DNA of 64,000 nucleotides from Antedon mediterranea (lineage: Eukaryota; Animalia; Echinodermata): assembly GCF_964355755.1 (NCBI RefSeq), contig NC_092679.1, forward strand, positions 16,227,432-16,291,431, in the 5' to 3' direction. Position numbers and translations under genes: made by a program. Below, one piece after another: positions 36,341-49,816 of the stretch. The notes under the pieces are model-generated. The model worked only from the letters and a program-made list of their open reading frames with translations, searched no databases and was not told the origin of the DNA. Position 1 is the stretch's first letter; the number at the start of each line of letters is the position of its first letter.

Positions 36341-38659
36341 CGTAGTATAGTCTACGTAAATCCAACATTGAATTTTCTTCCGAGGTATCTTTTCATTACT
36401 ATTTAATATAAGGCGAGTAGCATGGGTCTACATTCATCTAGACCTACCTACTGATACTGTTGCTGAACTGTTATCTTGCATATACCTATATTTAATAATA
36501 ATAAACTAATTTCGAAACATCGCCGATTAAGGCTATATTCCATTAATTAGTATTATAACTCAAGCACGAAGCAATCACCAGATGTAAAAATAATCGAATT
36601 ACAATTAGCCTGAATATCGATTTATCACCACACTTACCACACATAATAGGCTAAAGCTTTCAAAGCATGAGTAAATAGTACGCAATTTGTACCTAATCAC
36701 GTTTGAGGATAATGCTAAATGGCCAAAGGTAGGCTACTTATTTGATTTGGTCAATTTGTACAATTCGACTGGGAATTAGTGCATCAATTTACTAGGGCTA
36801 CAATTTCAACAGGAAATACGAGAATCGTGTCAATTTGTCACAAAATGCATGAGGTTTAAAGATAATGCAGCGAACAATTTGTCACCAAAAGCATTAATTA
36901 GGTGCTACATAGTAAGTGCAATGTGTTGATAATATAATCGATTTCCGGCCACGAACATAGAACGTACATTAGATATAGACGAAATTTGATTGGCTAAAAG
37001 TTGAGTCACGCTTGAATGCGATTGGCACACTCTGCTTTGATTGGTTAAATATTATTAGAGGGAAATAAATGTGGGTTAAGTATTATTTGCAATCTTTTCA
37101 AAACAGAATCGGGCTGTACTTGTAATTGGTGAAATTCCAGGGCCAAATGAGAAACAAGGGGAAGTTTACGTTTCAGTCAGTGGGTTAGATTTTTCCAAAT
37201 AATGCCAGGCGCATAGGCAGACACTTTAGAGGGTCTGAGTCGAGGAAAGACAATTAATTCAGCAACGCGACGACGTCAGGATAGGTCTATAGCTAGCGTA
37301 CGATGTTTTACGCTACTACTCTTCAGCTAGGCCTACAAAACTAAGCCCAACTAAGCTAGGCTTAGAAACGTCTACGAGAAAACTTTCGACGCGAGCTACT
37401 TAGGTCCGTAGTGCATTGTTTTTTGCTCTTGTCATCATAATAACCTTAATAGAACGCACATTTAAGACAAGAAATGACCTGGTTTAATGTTTTGAAAGTT
37501 ATATATATATGCATTATTTTTACAAAACGTCAACAACAGGTCTAGTGTCTTTAACAACATAAAGAGTACAGTAACTCCGATCTGCACTGCGAACGTACAT
37601 CAGGCAGTGTGTTTTGCAAGCATGACGTCATAAGTTCAGACATGCATCATGAATATTCACGCCCTCTAAAATGTCTGCCTTAAATTAATAGGAAAAAATA
37701 ATGCTGCCGGGGCGTAACTGTGGGGATACCGTCCAGTCACTTGCATACCGTAGGCCTACTAGTACTAGAGTGTTCACTGATACACTAATAAGATAAAGTT
37801 TCGAAATGGGTCGAAATTGAGATTAAATCCTCTGCATTTCAGTAACAAATTTAACCAACTAGATTACATTTACAAACACGCACAAAGATAAGAACTCTCG
37901 AGTAGGCTAGTCATGATAAATGAGTATAATTTGCAATTCTTATCTGCTAAGTAAACGGCATTGCGTAGGCCCATGTTTTTAATTGAGCCGATACACAATT
38001 GTTGAACTATAGCCTACCGTATGTACTTACGAGCGAAGATGTAGCAAATAAGAAAAGTAAATTGTGTCTTTTAATTGTAAAATATTATCGACTCAATTAA
38101 AGAAAAATATTAATTGTTGCTGGTTGATTTAGAAAAAGCGGATTAGCCTATATTGAAATATAGAAATGTATAAGAACAAAATGTTGTAATATAATAGTTT
38201 AATTCTATGTTATCATTTTCTACGGCGGTTATTAGTTAGGTCTCTATATTTAACTTTTGTATACTTTAACTAAGGTGATTATACTATCTCAAATTGATAT
38301 ACGTCTGTTTGTCTCTAAAGCCTGACATTTACAGATATTAATTTATAACTATCACGTGCGTGATCGCATCACTGACAACATGACATACGACTAATTGTAC
38401 TTCGGTGATAAAAAATGTGTATAAATCACTAATCCAAATGAAAATCATTATTAAGCACCTGAAGTTGATCATACTATAATTCACGGTACTCGGAACCATT
38501 TATGCCCAAATGGCTTGCAAACGACGAATTGACGAATAAAGTTTAAACATGAAATAGAGCTGCATTATTCCTTTAATTCCTTAAAAAAAATATAAATTAC
38601 GTTACTTTAGGCCTAACTTCTTTTTCTATGGGATGCGATCACCGCCATGATATGAATAC

Positions 38660-38772
38660 AGCTATATTCACACTTGTTCCGTTTCACACAACGGAAGATG
38701 TCACCGTTCAATTCCGTATACAATTTTTAACTGTTACACAAAACGGCGCCATCTTCAAGTGTGAATGTACCT
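38660..38772. mobile_element. Small MITE
   Basis: Imperfect TIRs AGCTATATTCACACTTG / CAAGTGTGAATGTACCT. Confidence 0.5.
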
Positions 38773-41700
38773 TTAGCGATGAACTGAGGTTTCAATTAAA
38801 ATTGGAAAGAAATTTGCCGATCTGTAAATTCTATGTTGGAACCTGTGCAGCTCTAGGATTAATTCTTTTTGTCCGCCCTCTATGGAAATTAAGCAATAAA
38901 CAGTACTAAATAGTGCGATAGTAATCCTTACTCTGCGACACTTTATTAAAACTCTTGATTTATGCCAAATGAACGTTTTGTTCGAATTATAACTGTAGTA
39001 CAGTATTTCCACATTCAGGCAGAGGTGCATGCATCTTCAGGTCTGATTAGGAGAAAAGCAAACTTATTGCGCCACAATTTGCTAATAAATGTATTCAAAA
39101 CTCCACTTCCTTCATCTTTATACCTTTTCTGAAGATGTTATAGGCCTAAGCATAAATGGACAACCAAAGTTTTCGTCTTTTTCCATTTCCATGTATAGTG
39201 TGTAATTGATCATTATTTATTAAAACTGACTCTTTATATAAAAATTACAATCTTGGTTGCTATTGTCTGCCATATTGGAAATTTCTAATAAGATTGCAAC
39301 GAACTCCTCTTTAAATTCTTACGGTTCTTTCTAAACACGTGTTTGTTTATAAAATGAAAGAAATAAAATATAATATTGTTACAACTTAGGCTTCTGGTCT
39401 ATTACATTTTGTTTGGCCTTCATTTTTCAATAGTTATCGTCAAATTTATCAAATTAAAAAAGTCTGTTTAAGACCTAACAAATACAAAAGAAGAAAAACA
39501 TTAGAAATGGAAAATGTTTAAATGTTTTTCTTAAATTTGTTGAAATACTTTTTTTTCTTCATATAGGCCTAGGCCTATATGTGTTCGGGAAGTTTTATTG
39601 TTAATTACCTTATATTTCCTACAAATTAGAAAGAAAATAAATGTTTATTTTGAATAATGAACTCATAGATTGGAGGGCAAGCTTCAACTACCAAGTTTCA
39701 GAAGTCTGTAGGTAAGCATTTGTAATTAATTGTTAAATTTTAACCTTTCAAGATCAAACGCAGTAGAGATAAAGGTTAATATTTATCAAAGTTAATATGT
39801 GCGAATCGAGGTCCGTGTTGTTTCACAGATTAGAGAAGGGGTGAGTCTATTTACACTACAGACTCAGTTTGTTCAGGCACGATACTTTAACAAAACAGAT
39901 AATAAAAGTCTAAAGTTCACCTTGTCGTTGTTGATCGTTGCATTCCAAATAGGCAAACAAAATGGACGCCTAACCAAGATAATCTTTATTCATAAACTCT
40001 TAAAATGGAAACTTTGTATCATAAAAAAATAAACCTTTATTGCATAGTTTCAAATATTGCAAATTATAAAAATATAATATATACATATCATTATTTTCAA
40101 TGGTAATGTCTCAATTGAAGAATTAATTGAGTAATCAAGGATATGGAAAGTGGTTGAGGTATTTTAGATTGTAGAACACGAATTTGTATGATTTTTAATA
40201 CATGTTTATGTTTTCATGCAGTTTTATGAATCGAGCCTGGGCCATGCACTTTTGGTGACGTTGTTTGAATGGAAAGTTATAATGATAGGCCTGTAAATGG
40301 TACCAAACTTATATTAATATTAATAATAAACACATGTGTATATAGAATTATGTTTTAGCAAGATGGTTTGTAATTTTTAAAATTGATTACTTTTCTAGAT
40401 GACGAAATGGCTACTGTTGAAACTATTGTTGTATTATTAAGCAGACTCGCATGGTATAGATCTGGCGGCTAAAACACAGTTCAGTGGTGGCGAATAGATG
40501 AACAAACTTTAAGAAAGTAGTTGATAGGACCATGTCAAGTTTTGCATTGATTTATGTAAAATGTTAAACTATTCTATATTCTACTGTATGAAACTTGTTG
40601 AGAACATGATAATAATCATGTTCCAGGGAGATTACCACCTATCTGATAGGACAGTGATTAATTTACTATTGGTAATCCTTGGCCTAAAGACATGAAATAC
40701 AATTTAAAGAATGAATGTTATTTTTCGGGCATGGATGGTGCGCCATGTTTGCCTCATCTCAGCAACAGCCGCTGACCAATAGTTAAATGTTTATAAAGAA
40801 GATAGCGGTAAAACCATAGTGCAGTTACGTTTTACAGTGATGATCTTCATGCAGTATAAAAAATGACCAATGGATATTGACCATGTGTAGGCCTAACTGA
40901 CTCCATGGCCTATGAACCATTGACGTAATAGCGGTATACTGAGTGTTATGTTTTACTACGGTGATCTGATAATATAACTATGGTAAAATAATAGCGAAAA
41001 TAATTAGGTGATAAGGTAACTGTTCGTGCAATTAGCATCATGTGTCAACATTGCGAACACACATCTCTTTCTCTCAAGATTCAATAAAAACAATTTATTT
41101 GTAAAAGATACCGTAAAACCTAGAAAACATGAATTTCTTTTGGAAAAAGGCTGGCTGCAACTGGCGTCATCATCTTCTCAAATCAAACTAAGTGTAGACA
41201 GGGCATTATAATTAGTGTTCCCTGGCCTTTTAATTTAGATTACGTGTCTTTAACTGTGTTCTTGTTCTACGGAGCTTAATTCAACTAGGTATACATTTTT
41301 GTAGGTTTTACAGTACTTTTTTTCCTGGCGCTTATGTACATCCTCTCATTCTCCATATGGTGGCACTCTTATCACGGATATAGAATATTGATAGAATAAC
41401 AAACATGGTTTTTTCCAGTATGATTTGATACGAAATCGAGTTGATAGATAGCCCATGGGTTCGATCATGCAGGTTAAAACACAACGCTAAAGGAAAGATG
41501 AAGTTGATAACGGAAATGACTTCTCTAGGCCACCACAGCGAAGATACTGCCAGCGGAGAAAAGCTTCAGTTTTTACGTTCGCCTTATTATGCCATGATCA
41601 ATTATAAGTACAAGATTTCTATTGCTAATAATGAGTTCGGTTGATGTAATACTGAATGGAATTTATCATATTTACTGATAATGATTTTTTTTCGGTGAGC

Positions 41701-43189
41701 AGTCGTAGTTTAGTGTGATTGAAAGATAATTTTAACCGATTCTTAGTACTGCTGTACAGTGTCATAGGCATCCAGTGTCAATGTATCACGTGACGCATGC
41801 ATAATAGAAACCTAATATGACATATAACGTAATACCTGCACACATGTGATAAATATGTGACAATGTATTATCGGATTTGCCTATGATACTGTGCATACAA
41901 TGTCGTAATGTGTAAATACAGCAACAACAAAAATCGGATAATTAGATCCAAGTTGAATTGTTTAAGCAGGAAGGAACCTAAATGACTAAATTTGGGCATA
42001 CGGAACATTGACAAAACATTTATTCTTGAAAATGTGCAGTTAATGTTATAGCTTTTTGTAATTTAATATTAAGAATTATTGTCGAATAAATTATTAATTT
42101 ATCGAAATCATATTTTTTTTCTCTCTCAGGCGAAATATTAGGGTATATTTATCGAAATCATATATTTAAAGCTTTCTCGGAGGAAATATTAAGATATAGA
42201 GTATGACTGGGTCCCAAATAAATTGTTTCAAATATCTTTGAAATGCTACTACAGAGCAATGACGTCATGATTGATTTACAGGTTTTTTTGAAACCGTAAA
42301 CATGGCTGTCCGCACTTGGTAAACAGCACGCTGCGGTACTTAACGTTAATTACGCGAGTTGAAGTTATTAGGGAGTGGTACTCGTGTAGTTCGGTTCATA
42401 TTTTTCCCATTCCAGAATAGATGGCTGATTAATGTGATGGGTCAACGGGGGACAAAGTGACAAATTGATAACACATTTTAAAATATGAAATGAACATTCT
42501 AATAAGTTCATTATGCAAATTACGTATTTGCATATCCTTTTAAAGAAATCTTTTCGAACTAAAGGTCGGTTTACACTTAGACGTTGCCGCGTAGGCCTAT
42601 ATTCGACTGAGAGATTCGATAATTTACGGAAATAACCGTCGTGCCTTACAAGGCAAATACAAGTAAACGTAAACAGAATGAAATGAAATTAATATTTGTG
42701 TCAATGATGATGTCATGAATCTGCAAAATGTAACCAATCTTTACCACCAAATAAATTGCATGGAAATTAATTGATATTAAATAATACATACACGTGAAGC
42801 ACCCCAGCTGAATACACGATGATAATACCCCGTTAACAAATTGTGTTGACACTATTCAAAGTGTGACGATGGCATGGAGGAAGTTCTAAAATCTAGATAA
42901 ATGTTTATGGACTGTCAACAACTTGTATTTATTAAGATGTGTGTAATAAAAATAAAACATACAAGAGAGTGTTTATATTGTGAACAAGATTCTTAAGAAC
43001 ATTGAATAATATAAGTATGACACCTTGTTGAAAAATGCTTCACCAAATGTAAGCAGTGATAAACTGTTCTAAAGTTTACTTGTCAAAATGTCGAATACAG
43101 AACTGATAATGAAACTAAAATTGAAGATGTTTTCTAATTGAATTATATATTTTGTTACATCGCGTTGTCAATGGATGATGATCTGGAGT

Positions 43190-44165
43190 TCTCCACGAGT
43201 GAATTAATATTTCCCAACGAGTGAATTGCTCCCATTAGGAGTGAATTATTTCCCCACGAGTGAATTACTCCCAGCTCACGAGTGAATTATTGCCTCACGA
43301 GTAAATTGCTCCCCCAGGAGTGAATTATTGTCCCAGGAGTGAATTTCCCCCAGGAGTGAATTACTCCCTTACAAGTGAATTATTTCCCCACGAGTGAATT
43401 ACTCCCAGCTCACGAGTGAATTATTGCCTCACGAGTGAATTGCTCCCCCATGAGTGAATTATTGTCCCAGGAGTGAATTATTGTCCCAGGAGTGAATTTC
43501 CCCCAGGAGTGAATTATTCCCTTACGAGTGAATTATTGCCTCACGAGCGAATTGCTCCCCTAGGAGTGAATTATTGTCCCACGAGTGGATTGTTTGTCCA
43601 CGAGTGAATTACTTCCTTTACGAGTGATTTATTGTCCCACGAGGGATTGTTTGTCCACAAGTGAACCTCTCCTTCACGAGTGAATTGTTCGTCCATGAGT
43701 CAATTGCTTCCCCACGAGAGAATTTTCCCCCACGAGTGAATTTTTCACTCACGAGTGAATTTTTCAACGAATAAATTATTCTTCCGAGAGTGAATTATCC
43801 CTCCACGAATGAATCGTTCTATGACGAGCGAATTATTTCCCCACGAATGGATTATTCCCTAACGAGTGAAACATCCCACACCAGTGAATTATTCCATAAC
43901 GAGTGAATTATTCCATAACGAATGTATTATTCCCACATCAGTGAATTAATTCCCCCACGAGTGGATTATTCCATAACGAGTGTATTATTCCATAACGAGT
44001 GTATTATTCCCACCAACACGAGTGAAACATTCCTCCACGAGTGAATTATTTCTCCACGAGTGAACTATGCCTCCACGACTGAATTATTCCTCCACGAGTG
44101 TATTATTCCCACACCAGCGAAATATTCCCCAAGAGTAAAACATTCCTCCACGAGTGATTTTTTAC
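43190..44165. repeat. ~19-21-bp degenerate minisatellite (CACGAGTGAATTATTCCC core), ~45-50 units
   Basis: GAGTGAATT recurs about every 20 bp. A ~125-bp higher-order duplication is visible (~43240-43370 vs ~43375-43520). Confidence 0.9.
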
Positions 44166-47100
44166 AGTGAATCGGTAAATGTAAATGAATCACAATTTAT
44201 GAGTGTGTTTAAATACATGTGTATGTACTGGAAATGAACTTTTATGAAACCTGAAATGTTTGTAAATGCTGAATAACACTAGTATTGTATAATTCACAAA
44301 AATAAATTCATGGGCAATTATCAAATTTAATCACTCTCCAAGAGTTTACCAGCTTGATACAAGTCACAGATATTTGATTATAAAAAATCACATTATTACG
44401 ATTAAAATCTCATTTTTTTTTCAATTTGAAAAACTTATTTTTTTTGGTAAAGATTAGAAAAATAATTCATATAAAACATTTGGCTACATGCGAATCATTT
44501 TTGGTTTGATTTGATTTATTCAAAACGAAAAAAGTACAATGAATGAAAAAATGAGTAAACACAATGATTGAATGAATGAAAGCTGTTGATAAGATCGTAA
44601 GTTATGTACAGTTTTTTGACATGCATTTGGAAAACAAACTCGCATCTCACATTTTTCACCATAAAACATCGTATTAGCACACATACATACATAAAAACAT
44701 TTGAGTTTGACTTGGACAAAGAACCCAAACTATGACTTAACGATCAAATTTTTTTGGTTAAAATCTTTGATATTAAAAAACAAATTTAATTTGTATTCGT
44801 TCATAAGTTTGTTTACCATGCACTTTTGTAAAAATATACAAAATGGAATGAATGAAATTAGGAAAACTTTATGTCAAATTTAAGGAGATTTGATTAAAAA
44901 TGTTACATATTAGAAACTCGGGTTCGAACTGATCCAAACGTTCAAATTTGACCCAAATATTTTTATTTAGCACAATCTTTGGTATATGATAGTAATCACA
45001 AATGAATACAGTATTCACAAACATTAACACCAGCTCAACTCTCTCTTGTTCATACTGTCCACCAACATGGAATGTTTTGGTAACCAGCTTACCAGCAATG
45101 AAATGAAAAACAATGTAACGAATTATCCAAAACGGATGGTAAAATTATGACGAATGACACTCTGCAAAATTGTTTGAAATGTATGGAAATTTCTTGAATC
45201 GAAAATGAAAACCTGTTTTAGGTGAGATGAGTATAAAATGTTTTTCAAAAGATTTATTGTAGTAGTTTTTCCAGACTAATAAATCGAAAACTTACAATAC
45301 ATGCTCCAAAAAATTGATAAAGGGATACGTTAAAGAGATAAATGATAAATTAATATGAACACATCCAAATTAAAGAATATGAACAAAAAAATGGGTTTTA
45401 TGATCTTTGATGAGGAAACATAGCACAGGTTTGTAATGCTTTTATGGTACAAAATACTTTGGGATAGGACTAAAAAATTATTGCATCATTTTTTTGAATT
45501 ATCAAAAAAAAAAATCATTAATAAAATCTGTAATAAAATAAATATACAGGTTAATTGCACTTTTGTTGAGAAATATTAAAATATGGTTTGATGTTAATTT
45601 GCAGTGATAAGTGACAAACCCATCACCACGATGACAAAAATAAGAAGTAGTTAATATTGTACAGCATACCTAGCAAAGAGCAGTAAAATAATAGAAATGC
45701 GATAAATTCAATGTGTGTTCACTCCTCTATTTTTATCGGAAGAAAAATTGTTTGCATCAACGATGATTGATGCATGGGAGGACAAACACATGCATACAAA
45801 ATTGTGACCAGTGCTTGTTAAAATGGAAACTTTGTTTTGTGTTGCTTAGTAACAAAATCATGGCACATACCATGATCGGATGATAGGATATGATTTGTTG
45901 CTAGGCATGCTGCAACTAAGGCTAATTAATGAGGTATGTTGCATAACCTGGTTGCAATGTTTAGAAAAAAACAGCAACCAAGGTGTATCATTCCCTGGAT
46001 GATGACAAATATTAACGTTGAATTTTTAATTCTTTTTAGCGAAAAAGTGCAATGTATTACACTCTTATGATTGTGGAAAGAAGTTATTTATTAATTTAGA
46101 ATATACATACAACTGTTGTTATGGGTATAAATAATAATAAGTAGGTAAAGATTGTAAATAAGTTGAAAATAACCACCGGTAGTGTGAAGTTGATCGTTTT
46201 AAAATATTGTTTTGAGACATGCATGCTACCTGCCGAAAAGGATCAATGAAAGAAACAAGACACGTGAGGTGCGGATCAAGAAGAAAGCTATGTTTTATGC
46301 GTAAAATGGTTTGAACAACATGATGGTGATATTGACATCAAATGACCTTTTCAGTAGTGGCATGAAATCAGCTTGGTCTGTTATTGTCAGCTGAGATGTG
46401 ATCTTCTCAATGTTATGACTTACATAAGCACATCAACATGATGTAGCCTACATTGTAAGGAGATAATATTATATATCCAGATGATTCATACAAACGACAT
46501 ACTATCTCTAATTGACGTCAAAAATTGAAAGCTGATATTTTCCAGGTGGAAGATTATGCAAATCAGATAAGCTACAGACCGAGCTGCTTTCAGTGCCACA
46601 AAAATGTATAGTGCTAAAAAACAACAAAAAAAGTCATTAGCAAGGAAATATGACATTAGGTAGATGAAGGTTGGCATATGCCAAACCAAAATAAAATTCA
46701 ACTTTGACCTCTTATATAGTGTTAATTAAATACAATGGGATAATAATAAAAGGTTCTAGTTACTATTCTGAAAGCACAATTATTTGGAAAGTCATTCAAA
46801 TATGAAAACAAAAATTAAATCATCAACTTAATAACAAAAAAACATTTTGTTTTTAACAACGAAAGATATCAAGGTTTGAAAGTTCTGGTTATCGACAGTG
46901 GAAACACAAATCAAAATTACTTTTTTTGATTCAGTCTGTAAATAAACTACAATACATCCCAAATTACACATAATTTATAATCTCCTCCCTAGCATAGCAC
47001 CCTTAATAGTAGCATCATAATCTACATACATTTATACGAAAATTCTTAAAAACACAAGTTTTATATAACAATAGAGAAAAAAAATTATATTTTATCTTAT

Positions 47101-47807
47101 TTTATCATAATTTGTTACATATTTGATATAAATTATCTTGAATTTTTCAAAATCAATGGAAGGTTTGTTTTTAATACATCATTGGACAAATCAAAATGAA
47201 TTAGATGACGAATGGATGGAGAAACAAAAGTATGATGTCTTTACAAAAACAATGATAAAGTTGAAAATGAAAAAATAAAAATCCAACAGACATCTGGAAA
47301 TAAAAAGCAAATTGATAAAATTGTTATTTAGCACACAATTAAAATGGAATACTTTATCAAACAATTTGAGTATATATTTCTTAAAACCTGACAAAATTTG
47401 ATTAAAAGATAGGCATTTGCACAATGTTAGAATAATTTCTGGTATCTGGAATAACTAAGGCACTTTTCAAAAATCGAAAGAAATAGTAATTCCTATTTAA
47501 AATAAAAACTCTATTTGCTTCCAATGTAAAGCATTTGCTGTAAAAACAAAACGACTCTACAAGAACTATATTTCCAGATGTGGGTTTCATCACTTTTTCA
47601 ACTTCAACTTTTTAGATTAATTAATAATAAACATTTAATGATTGTAAACAAATACAATGAAGATACACAAATGATTTAGATGATTTCTCGAATATAAAAA
47701 ATAACTACTTTTTAACTTAACAAAATATATAGAAAGCATGCAATGATAATTAATTAATAGAATGAAACTCGAAGCTCTCTGATCTGGTGTTACAAAGCTA
47801 TTTCAAT

Positions 47808-48039
47808 TAAGGGACCATGTTAAAATGATTTTACTTCAGTTACTGCAGTAACTACAATTTGTTTACTCTTTAAAATGTTTATGCAATTATAAGCAAGCAT
47901 TCTTCAGAAAACCATACACACTGTTTATTTAGTGACTTCATCATAAACTCCTATATAAACAAACTAAAAGTTATACGTTTTTTGTAGTAACAAAATTCAT
48001 TACTGCAGTAACTGAAGATAATTTTGAGATGATTCCTAA
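47808..48039. mobile_element. Degenerate MITE downstream of the NOVA stop
   Basis: Inverted ends containing CTTCAGTTACTGCAGTAA / TTACTGCAGTAACTGAAG. Confidence 0.45.
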
Positions 48040-48664
48040 AGTATACAATTGTTTCATACTTGTTATATTTAACAGCATAAATCACTTTATAACAAGAAAG
48101 CTTTTGATTTTCTGACAGCTAAAGACTTGTTATGATGTTGCGAGTTGTCATGAGAAAGAAACTGTATGATATACAATGACTTTAATCTAGAAATTATCCA
48201 ATTTAAGTCGTCAACAAGACATATTGAAATCATGGATTACAACCAATCTGACTGGCATAACATTTGTCTTTATGCGCGGCGGCACAAGAAACCAGATTCT
48301 AGGAATTGTGCAGATAAAATCAAGGAATAAAACAGATAATGCAAATTACTCGCATAAAACTATTTCTGCACAACATCACCAGTCCTAGGCCATGGTCGTT
48401 TTCACACTGACTTATTAAACTTTTCAGTAAAATCAAATCTGCTCTTATTTTGGTATGATTTGTACAACAGAGAGCATGAGTAAAATAATAAATGATTAAC
48501 ACTTAAAGATAATAACCATGTTTGTAGAGGAGGGAAAAAAACCTCTCCTAATACAAATGGCTGTTATCGAAACACACGCGCACTACATATATGTAAAACT
48601 ACAAGCTACATTCAACATGTATATATGCATTCAAAATATACGAGTACTTATATACAGTACTCGG

Positions 48665-48763
48665 ATGAGGAAAAAAGAAAAATGAAATGATTTACTGTTA
48701 GTAGTGAATGCGATGATAATGATGATGGTGATGAAATGAACGCGAAATGACGACATGAGGTGA
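48665..48763 (-). promoter_or_regulatory. YCAY cluster (candidate NOVA-binding element) in the presumed NOVA 3'UTR
   Basis: 14 YCAY tetramers counted in 99 nt on the NOVA sense strand, ~1.05 kb downstream of the stop. Confidence 0.55.
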
Positions 48764-49816
48764 AAGAACGTCCAATAAGTTCGGTTTTTCAAAGAGCGAC
48801 AACAAATCGTCGCAAATTTGGCATTTTTGGTCATTTTGGTTCATTGAAAGGCATGTTGGAGAAAATGTGCATACAATTGCACTGTCTTAATAAAAACGAC
48901 TGAATCAATAGATAAGAAGACACACTTATCTTAATTACTATCTAATTCATATATAAATTAACTCTCATCCCTAATTTCCCCACCATCCTAATCTCCCCCC
49001 CCCCCCATTTTATCCCATCCCTCATTCACAAAGCAGCATTTCGGCTACATTTCTTGAGCTGTACCTTTGAATGTGTTATAAACTATACTACTATATTTCA
49101 AACTTAATATTTTTCTAAAATCTATTCTTCTAAAACTCTTTTTTTCAATATTGTCTGAATTCTCTCCCACAAACTCCCGTCTTTGTCCTCCCCTATACCA
49201 ATCAGTTTATCTTCCTTTCATACACTTTGACATATAATTGATTTTATCTTTTAAATAAATTTGTATTTGTGTCTTTTCACAAATTATACACTTTATCATA
49301 AATAAAACTTACTCATTTTCTTTAAATAGTATCATATGCATTTCATTAAAGAATGATAAAATCATGTTCTTTTACATAATTTCATGGTCTTTCTTCAAAT
49401 TAATAAAAAATGCCCATTCTGAAACATGATTTGTTCATTGCCTTCTCAGGATGAATCGGTTGTTCCATAAATATCAAAATTTGATCAGAATTGAATAGAT
49501 TTGAAATCACAATGCAGACTTCCATTTCTAAAGTTACGTTTAAATCTACTATCTAGATACATAGACTCAAAAACATCAAACAAATACTCACAACAACAAA
49601 TAAAAAGACAATTAACAAATCGAGTTCATTGGTTGAAAATAGAAATTTTGCAAAAATAGAGAAGCGATCAAGGTCATGTGATGTAATCGTGCACGCTAGA
49701 AGTGGTCACATGATTTTAACACAACCTTTTTCGGTAATTTTTTGATCGATACTGAAAAACATTGGGACAAAAATGACCCTCTTTTGGTCGCTGTATATCA
49801 TTTTATAGAGATACCA

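Noticed and set aside
38628-38909. 93-aa plus-strand ORF with ATG start
   Set aside because: It spans a MITE, has no recognisable domain and has no supporting exon structure.
38990-39040. Minus-strand CTGAAGA...GAAA hammerhead-like string
   Set aside because: Stem II is wobble-rich, and there is no valid stem III/UH triplet or stem I.
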